Assembly (NCBI GenBank): GCA_963682135.1
Contig: OY821645.1
Span: 1,472,001 to 1,536,000, forward strand
DNA length: 64,000 nt
Direction of reading: 5' to 3'
DNA from: Methanothrix sp.
GTDB lineage: Archaea > Halobacteriota > Methanosarcinia > Methanotrichales > Methanotrichaceae
Of the stretch, positions 28,994-39,089 are shown piece after piece. Every line of letters begins with the position of its first letter. Positions within the stretch are counted from its first letter, which is position 1. The translations under genes and the position numbers were made by a program. Under the pieces are notes generated by a model. The model did not search any database, had not been told where the DNA came from, and was given only the letters and a program-made list of their open reading frames with translations.

Positions 28994-30250
28994 ATGGCAG
29001 GATTTCGCATACTAATTATCGAAGATGATCCGGAACATGCCGAACTGATTCGGATGGGCTTTAGAAGACATGATGAATTCTTCCTGGACTTTGCGGCCTC
29101 AGGTGAAGAGGGGCTGAGGATGATGGCAGCCACCGCATATGACCTGATCTCCGTAGACCTGGTCTTGCCGGGCATTGGTGGACTGGATGTTCTGGTGAGG
29201 ATCAGAAAGCTCGACCAGGATATTCCTGTGGTCATGGTCTCCGGCCACGGCACTACAGAGATGGCAGTGGTCGCCTTTGAGAATAGAGCCACCAAATATG
29301 TGGTGAAAAGCCTGGAAAGCTTCAAGAGTCTGCCTTATGTCTTTGAGAACCTCATTCAAGAGGCCAGGTTTAAAAGCAACGAAAGAGCAATGCGCGGACA
29401 GATCGAGCGATCGGAGAGAATTCATAGAAATATTGTAGAGAACGCCCTGGCTGGAATTTATATCCTGCAGGATGGTGGCTTTCGGCTGGTCAATCCAAAA
29501 TTGGGCGAGATATTCGGCTGCTCAGCACAGAGCCTGCTTGGCCTGCCCTTCTGGAAGCTCGTCAAGCCCGATGATATGCAGTGCGTCAGCCGCCTGCCGC
29601 GCGACCTGTCGTCGGATATACCTGTTTATGAATCGAAGGTGCAGCGCAAAGACGGAAGTTGCCGCTGGATTGAGTTTCGGACAGTTCCCATCGAATACGA
29701 AGGCAAAAGGGCAATGCTGGGCAATCTTCTGGACATAACGGATAGAAAAGAGAGAGAGATTGGAATAATGCAGGCAAACCGGGAACTTGCTGCCATGGAC
29801 GGCATAATGCAGACCTGTTTGTCCTCATCGGATGATATGGATAAGAAGCTGACCGATGCCCTGGCTCATCTCGTAACGGGCATGGGATGTGCACAGATAG
29901 GGGGAATATTTCTCAGGGAAGAGAGCGGCCTGGTGCTGCGGGCGCTGCATGGATCGGTGGAGGACCTGATCGAATTTATCAATGGAATGGATTTAGGTAT
30001 TCTCCTGGTCATGCCCCGCATCCATAAATGCGAACCGGTCTCGGATCGGAAATGGATTTCGGCGCCCATCGCATGTGCAGGTGAGGCAAAGGGTGCTGTG
30101 GTTGTTGCCTGTGCGGATGCTAACGGCGCACAAGACCTCAACTTTCTGGAAAAGGCCGCCGGACGCATCAGCTATCTCCTGGATGTATGCGACCCTAGTA
30201 AAATGAAGCTCTCATCAGAAGAGCCCCTGGCCCAGATAAAAACCAGTTAA
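28994..30250 (+). CDS. Response regulator REC-PAS-GAF-like, no output domain
   Basis: ILIIEDD, D.VLPGIGG, KYVVK REC; PAS RKDG..RWIE...DITDRK; C-terminal GAF-like (APIACAGEAKG). Confidence 0.85.
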   Translation: MAGFRILIIEDDPEHAELIRMGFRRHDEFFLDFAASGEEGLRMMAATAYDLISVDLVLPGIGGLDVLVRIRKLDQDIPVVMVSGHGTTEMAVVAFENRATKYVVKSLESFKSLPYVFENLIQEARFKSNERAMRGQIERSERIHRNIVENALAGIYILQDGGFRLVNPKLGEIFGCSAQSLLGLPFWKLVKPDDMQCVSRLPRDLSSDIPVYESKVQRKDGSCRWIEFRTVPIEYEGKRAMLGNLLDITDRKEREIGIMQANRELAAMDGIMQTCLSSSDDMDKKLTDALAHLVTGMGCAQIGGIFLREESGLVLRALHGSVEDLIEFINGMDLGILLVMPRIHKCEPVSDRKWISAPIACAGEAKGAVVVACADANGAQDLNFLEKAAGRISYLLDVCDPSKMKLSSEEPLAQIKTS

Positions 30251-30266
30251 GCACTCAATATTATTT

Positions 30267-30770
30267 TCAGCCAAAAAAACCGGTCAGCCAGTCGACCTGT
30301 CCCGCAGGAAGCTGCAGCTTTCCCTGGACTATTTCTGTAACCAGCTCTGTCACCTCTTTAGGGCTCTTTTCTGTGGTATCAATCTCATCAACCCGGTCGC
30401 AGCGCTCAGCCGCCTCGAATAAAATGACATCCAGCGCTTCTGCCTCCAGGTTCTCCTGGATTTTGGAGGAGGAATAGCCCCGTGCCACCAGACGCGACTT
30501 GAGGACAGAGGGTGCCAGCCGCAAGACGATGGCCCAGTTTGCGAAGTGATGAGAGAAATGGCCTTCCAGGATGAGGACCTCATCACAGTCCTGTTCTACC
30601 AGATGGTCTGCCAGAGCATCCATGTCTGCTTCCAGGCAGCCCCTATCCGGATCTTTGCCAAAATTCATGCCCCCTTTCACCAGGGCATTTATATCTATGA
30701 CCCGGTAGGGCAAAAGGGCGGCAATGGTAGTCTTTCCCGTGCCGGGCGTGCCGGTCAATGCTACTAGCAT
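30267..30770 (-). CDS. Archaeal adenylate kinase AK6/Fap7 family
   Basis: TGTPGTGKTT, EGHFSH, RGY...KIQENLEAE. Confidence 0.9.
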   Translation of the reverse strand: MLVALTGTPGTGKTTIAALLPYRVIDINALVKGGMNFGKDPDRGCLEADMDALADHLVEQDCDEVLILEGHFSHHFANWAIVLRLAPSVLKSRLVARGYSSSKIQENLEAEALDVILFEAAERCDRVDEIDTTEKSPKEVTELVTEIVQGKLQLPAGQVDWLTGFFG

Positions 30771-31831
30771 ATTTCCTGAAAAGCGGAAAGGAAGCGGTCG
30801 TTCTCAGAAGGCGTTCCAACGGTCACGCGGGCATGATGCTCGCCTGCCCCCCAAAAGGAGCGACAATCTCGAATGATGATGCCTCGGGCCAGAAATCTCT
30901 CCACATACTCGCGGGAGTCCTGCTCCGTCTCCAGGTAAAGGAAGTTGGCCTGAGAGGGGTGCGCCCCTATAACCTTTTGCAACCGCAGCCGCTCCGATTT
31001 TATCTTTTCCACGCAGCTTCGCATGAATGGCAGATCAGAGAGAGCCGCAGCACCAGCCGCGACTGTTGCACAGCTGATGCCGTAGAAGGGGGGCGCAGCT
31101 CTCCTGTATTGGTCAGCTATCCACCGGGGCGCGACGGCATAGCCCAGACGCATGCCGGCCAGACCAAAGGCTTTGGACAATGTGCGGCCCACAATCAGGT
31201 TGTCGTACTGCTCCACCAGTCGGATGAGACTCTTGTCTGCGAATTCCACATAAGCCTCATCCAGGAACACAATTGCCCCTGTGCACTCCAGCAGAGCGGA
31301 AACCTCCTCCTCGCTCATCACATTGCCGGTGGGATTGTTGGGAGAGCAGAGAAAGGCCATCTTTATGTCCGGCGGCATATCGCCTGCAATCTCAAAATGA
31401 GGGCCCCGGGACGAGAGCAAAGGCGTGGCTCCGGCAGTAATGGTCAATATCTCATAGTAGCTGAAGGTTGGTGTGGGAATGAACGTCCGATCGCCCTTTT
31501 CCAAGAAGAGGCGGGTCAGGGTGTCCATAACACCATCCATGCCCGCTCCGATGATTACCATCTCTTCGGGAAAGCCGGTATAGGCAGCGATGCCCGCGAT
31601 CAGCTCCTCGGGTTCAGGGTATCTCTCTGGAGAGATGCCGGCCAAAGCCTGCGCTACCTTGGGGCTGGGTCCATAGGGATTTTCGTTGCTGCCCAGCTTC
31701 ACAATCGCCTCCGGTGCGATCCCGTATTTGCGGGAGATCTCTCCGAAACCTTTGCCTGCTACATAGGGCTTGAGCTGACCTAAAGCTGGCCGAAGCTTCG
31801 AGCTGCGCCAGGAATCAGAGTGACTCTCCAA
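30764..31831 (-). CDS. hisC: Histidinol-phosphate aminotransferase
   Basis: LGSNENP, CSPNNPTG, DEAY, RTLSKAFGLAGMRLGY. Confidence 0.92.
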   Translation of the reverse strand: MESHSDSWRSSKLRPALGQLKPYVAGKGFGEISRKYGIAPEAIVKLGSNENPYGPSPKVAQALAGISPERYPEPEELIAGIAAYTGFPEEMVIIGAGMDGVMDTLTRLFLEKGDRTFIPTPTFSYYEILTITAGATPLLSSRGPHFEIAGDMPPDIKMAFLCSPNNPTGNVMSEEEVSALLECTGAIVFLDEAYVEFADKSLIRLVEQYDNLIVGRTLSKAFGLAGMRLGYAVAPRWIADQYRRAAPPFYGISCATVAAGAAALSDLPFMRSCVEKIKSERLRLQKVIGAHPSQANFLYLETEQDSREYVERFLARGIIIRDCRSFWGAGEHHARVTVGTPSENDRFLSAFQEIC

Positions 31832-33014
31832 TCACACTCACCACTTTATCGATTTCATCTTTTCCGACAACCAGAGGCGGTATAAAGCGCAGGGTGTGCT
31901 CGCCTGTGCTGTTGAGCAGAACTCCCTTTGCCAGAGCCTTTTCGACCAATGCCTTGCAGTCCGCGTCCAGGTCAAGGCCTACCATCAATCCCAGACCGCG
32001 AACTTCGCGAGGCTCTAGCTTTGCCAGCCGGCTCTTCAGGTATGCTCCCATCTCCTCGGACCTTTGCACCAGCTTCTCGTCCCTGATGACCTGGATAGCA
32101 GCCAGAGCTGCGGCGCAGATGAGTGGCCCTCCGGCAAAGGTGGAGCCGTGGTCGCCCTTCTGGAAGGCTTCTGCGGCTTTTCCAGAGGCCAGCATGGCGC
32201 CGATGGGCAGGCCTCCTGCCATGGCTTTGGCCAGAGTCATGATGTCCGGCATAACTGAGAAGTGATCTTTGCCAAACCATTTTCCTGTACGCCCAAAGCC
32301 GGTCTGAACCTCATCGAATATGAGCAGCGCTCCTTTATCATCGCATATCTGCCGTGCGCCGCGAAGGTACTGCTCATCCGCTACATAGACTCCGGCCTCT
32401 CCCTGCACCGGCTCCAAGATGACGGCACCAGTCTCCTTTGTCACCGCAGCTTTGAGGGCTTCAACATCGTTAAAGGGAACGAATGTCGCCTCATTTAAAG
32501 GCCGAAAAGGTTCGCGGTAGATGGATTTGTAGGTGGCGCCCAAAGCGCCCAAGGTGCGGCCGTGAAAGGCGCGCTCGGCAGCCACGATCTTTGATTTACC
32601 TGTGGCGCGGCGGGTGAGCTTCAGGGCTGCCTCCACACTCTCTGCGCCTGAGTTGCAGAAGTAGGTCCTCTTCATGCCGGTAAGGGCCTTCAGCTCCTCC
32701 GCCAATAGCACCTGATTTTCCGTGTAGTAGAGGTTAGAGGTGTGGATTAGCGTTTCCGCCTGCCTGGCTATTGCCAGTGCTACGGCCGGGTGGCAGTGGC
32801 CCACGTTATTCACAGCGATGCCGGCCACAAAGTCCAGATACTCTTTTCCCTCCGAGTCCCAGACACGGGGCCCGCTGCCGCGCACGAGGACTACATCCTG
32901 GCGAGCGTAAGTCTGGAATATGGCCTGCGATTGCCGATTCATCAGATCATTTTTGTCGGTCATGGATACTGCTTCTGGATCCATTACAAGAGACTGTTTT
33001 GACATCATTTTCAC
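31815..33014 (-). CDS. argD: Acetylornithine aminotransferase
   Basis: GIAVNNVGH, NSGAE, FHGRT, EPVQGEAG, DEVQTGFGRTG, LAKAMAGG. Confidence 0.92.
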   Translation of the reverse strand: MKMMSKQSLVMDPEAVSMTDKNDLMNRQSQAIFQTYARQDVVLVRGSGPRVWDSEGKEYLDFVAGIAVNNVGHCHPAVALAIARQAETLIHTSNLYYTENQVLLAEELKALTGMKRTYFCNSGAESVEAALKLTRRATGKSKIVAAERAFHGRTLGALGATYKSIYREPFRPLNEATFVPFNDVEALKAAVTKETGAVILEPVQGEAGVYVADEQYLRGARQICDDKGALLIFDEVQTGFGRTGKWFGKDHFSVMPDIMTLAKAMAGGLPIGAMLASGKAAEAFQKGDHGSTFAGGPLICAAALAAIQVIRDEKLVQRSEEMGAYLKSRLAKLEPREVRGLGLMVGLDLDADCKALVEKALAKGVLLNSTGEHTLRFIPPLVVGKDEIDKVVSVIGESL

Positions 33015-33160
33015 AGCACACTCTTCTCACGGTCAGTTATGCTTACGGCATTTCGATGCCTTATGCGATCGTTAAGCTCGCTAAATTGAGGAGTTCATGG
33101 ATATAAACTGCCTGGCTCCTTCTTCAAATGATGCCATACCCAAAAAGGTTAATAAACGCT

Positions 33161-35182
33161 TCATTTAGCGACAGGACCATCGCAAAACTTCACCAGCAGC
33201 CTGGCATAAAACTCCCGCTCCGGCCCTTTGGTGGAGCGCACCAGCCTATCCAGTATCAGCTCCGGAGTGCTCTTGGCCAGATAGTTGTAGCGCGGGCTTC
33301 GGCTGACGCGCAGGTTGTTGTTCTCATCCAGACCCTCTGCCTCGATCCCATCGACGCGCACCGGCGTCTCAACGAAGCGTCTTATATCCTCGGCCAGGTG
33401 GCTGACGAAGACTGCCACGCAGCCGCGCCGATTCAACTCATCAAGCATGCAGGCGATTATGCGCGCTGAGGCGCCCGGCTCGGTGATGGACTCCAGCTCA
33501 TCCGCCAGGACGATCTTTCGCTTCTCATTCTCCACCACGGCAAACTTCTTCATGGCCGTCTCAAAGGCTCCGGCGGAGAGCGTGCCGCGGCTCTTGCTGA
33601 AGTAGTAAAACTCCTCAAAGAGAGAGAGTCGACAGGATTGGGCCGGCACGGGCAGGCCCATATGCGCCAGGATGACTATCTGGGAGATAAGGTCCAAAAG
33701 CGTGGTCTTGCCGCCCGAGTTCACGCCGCTGAGCAGCGCCACCTTCTCGGGGTGATCGGCGCTGCCGAGGGAGTAGCTCACTGGATCAGGCATCTCCAAG
33801 AAGAGATGACGGCCTTCTGCAAAGAAGAGGCACGGCTCCTTGGCGATCTCAGGGAAAGTGAGATTCTCTGCCAGGGCAAACCGCCCCAGTGCGTAGGCAT
33901 AGTCAAACTCCATCAGGGCATGCATGAGGGCAGCAGCCTCATCTCTTTTGTCTTGCAGGCCACGCGCGTTCTCTCTTTTCGTCTTCAAGCCCCGCCCTTC
34001 CCTGCGGCTTCGCAGCTCCTGCGCAAAAGAGCGCAGTGCCTGCCGATCTATCTCCAGAGGATAGCTGATCTGCGCAGAGAAGATCTCGTCCAGCCACACC
34101 GCCTCTGCTCCCACCAGTTCCAGCTCGCTCGTCGCTCGCGCCTTTGCGGCTTTCAGGACCTCTGCAAAGACGCTCTTCATCTGCACCTCCAATAGCTCTC
34201 GCACGCCCTCCCCCCTGCTCATGACCTGGAGCAGGTCCGTGCCGCCCAGGGTTAGCGAACTCTTCTCGATCTTACTCTTCAGCTCCTCATTGGCCCAGGT
34301 GGCCGCTTCCCCGACGCTCCCGCCCAGACGCGCTTCCAGTCTTCCCAGCCGTTCGCCTTCCTTATCCCCGCTCTCATTTAGCCTGGTGAGCAGTTTATGC
34401 AGGCTCTCCCATCCCGCAAATCCGGCAACTCCGGCTTCTTGCAGCTTTCTTGCCGCCTGGGCCGCCGCCTGCAGAGGCTCTAAATTCTCTTCATAAAATC
34501 CCAGGACCGCCTCGGGCACCAGATACCACTCCTCCAAAGACTCGGCCCGTTCCATATCCTCTGCCGCCTGCCCACCCATCTCTTCGCCTACCAGGCAGAC
34601 GTGGCTGTAGCTTTTGGCCAGGTCCGTTAGCTCCGCCGGGCTTTCTGCCAGATGCAGGTCGATCAGCCTGTCCAGCCCCATCGTCTTCAGCCTCTGAAAA
34701 TCCTCGGTAGAGGTGACGGCCACCGCTCTCTCCCGGACTCGCGCCGTCGCCTTCTCGCGCAGCGGCCGGATCTTTTTCAGCAGCCCCTCTAGGCCCAGGC
34801 CCTGCATCATCTGCGCAGCCTGGGCTGCCGCCAGGGCGGTTTTGCGATTCTCGGCCAGAAGCTGTGCAGAGGAAGAGGCAAACAGAGTGCCGATCTTGAG
34901 CCGAGCGTATTCGGTATGGGCATAGCTGGCCAGGCGGGTGATGAGCATCTGTTGAATTCTGCTCGCTTCATCCGTGGCCAGGAACTGCTCGGGCGTGACT
35001 GCGAACTTCAACCCCCTGGCATGCGAGACCAAGAAGAGAGCCTGGCGTTCGCTCAGCGCCCTGCACAGGCCTGCAACATCTGCGTTTAAAATCGCGTGCA
35101 GGGCTTTTTCTTCATCCCCATATTGCTCCAATAGGCGCTCTCTAATGCGAGAGCCCACACCAGGCAGATCTACCAGTTTCAA
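33161..35182 (-). CDS. Archaeal MutS2/MutS5-like ATPase with N-terminal HhH
   Basis: LPGVG HhH; SGVNSGGKTT Walker A; LSAGAFE; LADELESITEPG; VSHL. Confidence 0.88.
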   Translation of the reverse strand: MKLVDLPGVGSRIRERLLEQYGDEEKALHAILNADVAGLCRALSERQALFLVSHARGLKFAVTPEQFLATDEASRIQQMLITRLASYAHTEYARLKIGTLFASSSAQLLAENRKTALAAAQAAQMMQGLGLEGLLKKIRPLREKATARVRERAVAVTSTEDFQRLKTMGLDRLIDLHLAESPAELTDLAKSYSHVCLVGEEMGGQAAEDMERAESLEEWYLVPEAVLGFYEENLEPLQAAAQAARKLQEAGVAGFAGWESLHKLLTRLNESGDKEGERLGRLEARLGGSVGEAATWANEELKSKIEKSSLTLGGTDLLQVMSRGEGVRELLEVQMKSVFAEVLKAAKARATSELELVGAEAVWLDEIFSAQISYPLEIDRQALRSFAQELRSRREGRGLKTKRENARGLQDKRDEAAALMHALMEFDYAYALGRFALAENLTFPEIAKEPCLFFAEGRHLFLEMPDPVSYSLGSADHPEKVALLSGVNSGGKTTLLDLISQIVILAHMGLPVPAQSCRLSLFEEFYYFSKSRGTLSAGAFETAMKKFAVVENEKRKIVLADELESITEPGASARIIACMLDELNRRGCVAVFVSHLAEDIRRFVETPVRVDGIEAEGLDENNNLRVSRSPRYNYLAKSTPELILDRLVRSTKGPEREFYARLLVKFCDGPVAK

Positions 35183-35283
35183 ACAGCCTCATTTTGTCAG
35201 GATTATAATATAATTGTTCCGCCAGTCATCCGGCGGAACGAATGCGATAAGATTGATATTCCGGGGCCAGAGAACAGGGAGGT

Positions 35284-36162
35284 GTGTTACTGAATCACCT
35301 ACTGAACCTGGGAGAGGATGAGGATATCTTTCTCGCAGAAGAGTCCTGGCAAGATCTGCTGGAGCTGCCCGTCACCAGAGAGATACTGCAGGATGATCTG
35401 GATGCAGATCTCTGCATTGAGGTCAAAGATATGGGGTTCGCCCTGCACCTATCTGAGCCGGCAGAGCTATGGCTGCTCCTCACAGATCATTATTCATCCC
35501 AAAAGATTTTGTCGGAGGAGGCAGAAAAATGGCGCTCGAAGATCACCAAAACGGTGCAGACAAATGAGATGGACTTTTTCTCGGCCCTGACGGAATATTT
35601 CTCCAATTCTCTGGCAGCAGAGCTTTTTTGCGAGAGCTGCTCTCTGAAAGGAGGGCCTCTTTATGTAGAAGAGAGGATCGAGAGGCTAATGCAGCTATTG
35701 CGACCGATACTTCCCAAAGACGAAAGCATACTGGAGATCTGCTGCGGCAGCGGCATGGCCACACAGGCGCTCATTCGTCAGGGGCATAGTCCCCTCTCGA
35801 TGGACAATGACCGCTGCGATCTATGCCAGGGTTTAAAGAGCGGGCTTGTGGACCCTAAGAGATGCTTCGTCCTGGATGCCAGGCTACTACCTAGTATCTT
35901 TCCAGACCGTTCTTTTCATACCGTTTTGGGATTTATGGTAGGGCTAATTGACGATTTCAACTGGCCGCTTTGGAGGGACATTCTCCTCAAATCCTCCCGC
36001 CTTGCGAAGAATAGGATTCTGTTTACCGTTTACACGCAAAAAGAAGCTGAACTCATCGCGAAAGCACTTGGGGATGCCGGGTGGAATGGTAAGGTAATCG
36101 ATAATCGCGACTCAAAGGGAATTTATGACCAGTGGGCCTATTTGGCAGAAAAGCAAGGATGA
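35284..36162 (+). CDS. Class I SAM-dependent methyltransferase-like protein
   Basis: ILEICCGSG motif I. Confidence 0.75.
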   Translation: MLLNHLLNLGEDEDIFLAEESWQDLLELPVTREILQDDLDADLCIEVKDMGFALHLSEPAELWLLLTDHYSSQKILSEEAEKWRSKITKTVQTNEMDFFSALTEYFSNSLAAELFCESCSLKGGPLYVEERIERLMQLLRPILPKDESILEICCGSGMATQALIRQGHSPLSMDNDRCDLCQGLKSGLVDPKRCFVLDARLLPSIFPDRSFHTVLGFMVGLIDDFNWPLWRDILLKSSRLAKNRILFTVYTQKEAELIAKALGDAGWNGKVIDNRDSKGIYDQWAYLAEKQG

Positions 36163-36193
36163 ACGGAAAGGTTAATTACAGTTCCCAGTAGGG

Positions 36194-36334
36194 ATGAAAT
36201 CGGTGAGATTCTTGGCTGATTTTAAGAAAAGAAATACCGAGAGAAAGGGTGGCAAAAAAGAAGAGATTAAAAGCAAGAAGCTCATGGAAGATAACCTCGA
36301 TGACCTACGGGGTAGGGGAGAAGAAGTAAAATAA
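36194..36334 (+). CDS. Putative 46-aa (or 40-aa from TTG 36212) K/E-rich small protein
   Basis: MKSVRFLADFKKRNTERKGGKKEEIKSKKLMEDNLDDLRGRGEEVK*; GGTGA RBS-like motif before TTG 36212. Confidence 0.45.
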   Translation: MKSVRFLADFKKRNTERKGGKKEEIKSKKLMEDNLDDLRGRGEEVK

Positions 36335-36420
36335 ATCATTTTGTAGCAGCTTGCAGCAGGGGTTGTGCTGTCGTTTCGCTTTCCTGGTCGGATCAGCATA
36401 GGGCCATGGCACAATTAATG

Positions 36421-36452
36421 GAGATGGGATGCATCTTCACCATCTCTTCTTT
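36421..36452. terminator. Hairpin between convergent genes
   Basis: gagatgg-N12-ccatctc followed by ttcttt. Confidence 0.45.
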
Positions 36453-36455
36453 GCT

Positions 36456-36851
36456 CTAGGAAGGCGTTACGCTTAATCCCCGACTTAACTCCTTGAGTTT
36501 CTCGATGCTCTCCTGTGTTTTGGCCGACTCTTTTCGCTTCTCATCCTCAAAGTGCTTTATGATTTCGTCTAAGGATATTGTAAGCCTGTAAACCTTCATG
36601 GGCCGACCCTTTCCGTCCTTCTTAATCTCTCTTTCTTCCACCCAATTGTTGCTGCGCAGCGTGCGCATAGCAATGCTTACCTCTGGTTGGCGCAGGTTCG
36701 ATCCGATCTCGATCTCCCGAGAGGTAGCCTCTTCCACATTGGCCAGATAGGTGATCATGCTGGCCACATTTCTGGGAATGTCAAGTTCTCGCAGAACCTC
36801 TACGAACTCCCGGTCGGCATCATCCAGAACTTTTACAGAGAATTGTCTCAT
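36456..36851 (-). CDS. Methanomicrobial winged-helix transcription regulator (COG4738-like)
   Basis: SREIEIGSNLRQPEVSIAMR...GKGRPMKVY; GAGGT RBS; TTTATAT box upstream. Confidence 0.88.
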   Translation of the reverse strand: MRQFSVKVLDDADREFVEVLRELDIPRNVASMITYLANVEEATSREIEIGSNLRQPEVSIAMRTLRSNNWVEEREIKKDGKGRPMKVYRLTISLDEIIKHFEDEKRKESAKTQESIEKLKELSRGLSVTPS

Positions 36852-37222
36852 AATAACCTCATTCTATTTTTGGATATAAGAAATACTCAATGATATAAAT
36901 AGTTTATTTCTCGACGTCTATTGTTCTGATCCTAAGATTATGCTGCAAATATGCAACTACGTAAAGATATTCCTTTCGCGCAATCATAATATATCTCGCT
37001 ATTCATAGATCCAAAAAAATGTAATTATTCCTGCTATTCGTGAGAGGGGCGAACCGGATAAATTCTAAAATTCTTATAACCCCTATTCTTATCTGAAACA
37101 TACAAAAACAAAAGCGTTAGATGGCTTCCAGTTGGCCATCCATAACTCGATAGGGCCCTGCAATATGCTTAAGCATCTCGCTGGTGCCAGGCGCAGGCAG
37201 AGTTGCAGCTGTTTAGACCTCT

Positions 37223-37762
37223 TTATTCCTCGAAAGCCGGTTCTTCCTCCTGGCTGTCGCTTTCACCTGCTAAATCAAAGTATCCGGAGATACGCACAAT
37301 GTCCAGCCGCGAGATCCGGTAAGCTCCGCCCTTCCGCTCCAATGGAGGATTGATCTCGATCTCCTGCAGGGTGATGCCCGTCTCTCCAGCTTTGTATCTC
37401 TGGAAGATCTGCCCCCAGGGAACCAGGTATGCAGTACGCGCTTTGCCGGCACCGTAGCGAAGCTCCACAGCCAAGATGCCCTGTCTTCCCGAACGGGTGA
37501 TGAAATCTGTCTCCCGCTTCATCTGATGCGCTCCGGCGGCAAGGCTGAAGTGCTGCTTGAAGTAGAGCGATTTTGTCTTGCGTGCATCCAGGCTCTTGCA
37601 TTCGATTGCCAGATAGTACTCTGGAGTCTTGGAGTCCACCAGTATGTCCATAAACTGGCCGGAGAAGCGTGATTGCTTTAGCCGGTAGGCAATGGCAGCG
37701 ATGCCATCCTTCTCGAAGAATGAGTTGAGGGCGCTTACCAGCGCCCACTCGAAGTCGGGCAT
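37223..37762 (-). CDS. Holliday junction resolvase-like PD-(D/E)xK nuclease
   Basis: FE..LV, DILVDS...YLAIECKS, GILAVELR. Confidence 0.75.
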   Translation of the reverse strand: MPDFEWALVSALNSFFEKDGIAAIAYRLKQSRFSGQFMDILVDSKTPEYYLAIECKSLDARKTKSLYFKQHFSLAAGAHQMKRETDFITRSGRQGILAVELRYGAGKARTAYLVPWGQIFQRYKAGETGITLQEIEINPPLERKGGAYRISRLDIVRISGYFDLAGESDSQEEEPAFEE

Positions 37763-37887
37763 TGTTTATTGTTTTCTGCGGATCTCTAAAAATATCTTTT
37801 CCTCTGATTACTTTCGCTCCGCACCCATTCCTCTCCTTTAATAACCCGTAAAAGAATCCTTTCCGGTGCGCTCTTCTGGAGGCAGCA

Positions 37888-38094
37888 ATGGTAGTGGGAA
37901 GGACTCTGTGGGACTTTGTTATTGAGGCATTTCGAACGCCGGGCGTGGGACTCATCCTCATAGCCCTGCTTATATTATTTGAAATTATATTGATATTAAT
38001 ACTATTATTAGCACATAATGGCCTCCTCGACATTAAATTCAGCTATGGCGGCCTGGGTCTGGAGCTGGGCCAATTTGCTGCCCTTCTGGCATGA
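37888..38094 (+). CDS. Small membrane protein (68 aa)
   Basis: GGAGG RBS at 37878; one long hydrophobic helix. Confidence 0.55.
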   Translation: MVVGRTLWDFVIEAFRTPGVGLILIALLILFEIILILILLLAHNGLLDIKFSYGGLGLELGQFAALLA

Positions 38095-38173
38095 GACTGC
38101 AAATAACAGTCCATCTAAGCAAAGCCTCCGTTCCTGAAGAAACTTAATGTATCATGCAGAAAAATGTGACCTC

Positions 38174-38329
38174 ATGGATATTGAGGAGATCGCCAGGAAG
38201 TACAGTATGAGGGAGCTGAAGCCTGTTGCCAAGAAATTCGGTATTGGAACACGCTGCGTCAAAAAAATAGATATCATCAAGGCATTTCCGCCGGAGGCGC
38301 TGGCGGAGTTGACAGGCGGGCGGCAATAA
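38174..38329 (+). CDS. Small basic helix-extension-helix (Rho-N/SAP-like) protein
   Basis: SMRELKPVAKKFGI....KKIDII pattern; upstream of thyA. Confidence 0.65.
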   Translation: MDIEEIARKYSMRELKPVAKKFGIGTRCVKKIDIIKAFPPEALAELTGGRQ

Positions 38330-38346
38330 AAATCAGGTGCTTTTTC

Positions 38347-39012
38347 ATGGCGAGAATGGGGAGATTCATTCGGGCGAAAACCATCTCCGATGCCTGGCAG
38401 AGGGGCCTATGCCTTATCTGGAGGCAGGGGGCAGAGATCACTGATGAGAGAGGCACCAGGATAAGGGAAATCCTATCGTTGCAGGTAGTGGTGGAGGACC
38501 CCTACCGGGAGATGATTCCCGCCCAGTACTCCTGGAATGAGGAACGTCTGGAAGAGTACGCCTCGCAACTCTTATCCGGCGAGAATCCTGGATTTGAGTA
38601 CACCTACGGAGAGCGCCTGCGTGCCTGGCATCTGCCGGGCATGCCCGCACTGGATCAGATCGAGCAGGTTATCTTGCGGCTCAGGGCCTCGGCCAATACG
38701 CGCCGGGCAACAGCCGTAACCTGGATCGTGCCCATAGACGCAGCCAAAGATGAGGTTCCCTGCATGATTGTGGACGACTTCAAGCTGCGCGATGGTCGCC
38801 TGCACCTGTCGATCTTCTTTCGCAGTCACGACTTTGCCGGAGCGTATCCTGCCAATCTCTACGGTCTGGCCAGGCTGCTACAATATGTCAGCCGCGAGAT
38901 AGGAGCTGAGCCGGGATCGATCTCGACCACCAGCGCTTCCGCGCATATCTACGAGCATGATTGGGACTTTGTGGAGAAGATGCTGCAGGAGGAGATTGTG
39001 GAGAATATTTGA
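38347..39012 (+). CDS. thyA: Archaeal thymidylate synthase
   Basis: YTYGERL, TRRA, VPCM, FRSHD..GAYPAN, SAHIY. Confidence 0.93.
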   Translation: MARMGRFIRAKTISDAWQRGLCLIWRQGAEITDERGTRIREILSLQVVVEDPYREMIPAQYSWNEERLEEYASQLLSGENPGFEYTYGERLRAWHLPGMPALDQIEQVILRLRASANTRRATAVTWIVPIDAAKDEVPCMIVDDFKLRDGRLHLSIFFRSHDFAGAYPANLYGLARLLQYVSREIGAEPGSISTTSASAHIYEHDWDFVEKMLQEEIVENI

Positions 39013-39089
39013 AACTATTTGGCCAAGGGATGGACCAGGAATAAAGCACCGCAAAGAATATCTGCTTCTATCGAGATTTTCCTTCGTTT

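Noticed and set aside
30758-31783. 341-aa + strand ORF
   Set aside because: Antisense shadow of hisC with no recognisable motifs
37275-38033. 252-aa minus strand ORF
   Set aside because: Alternative frame over the resolvase-like gene; implausible composition
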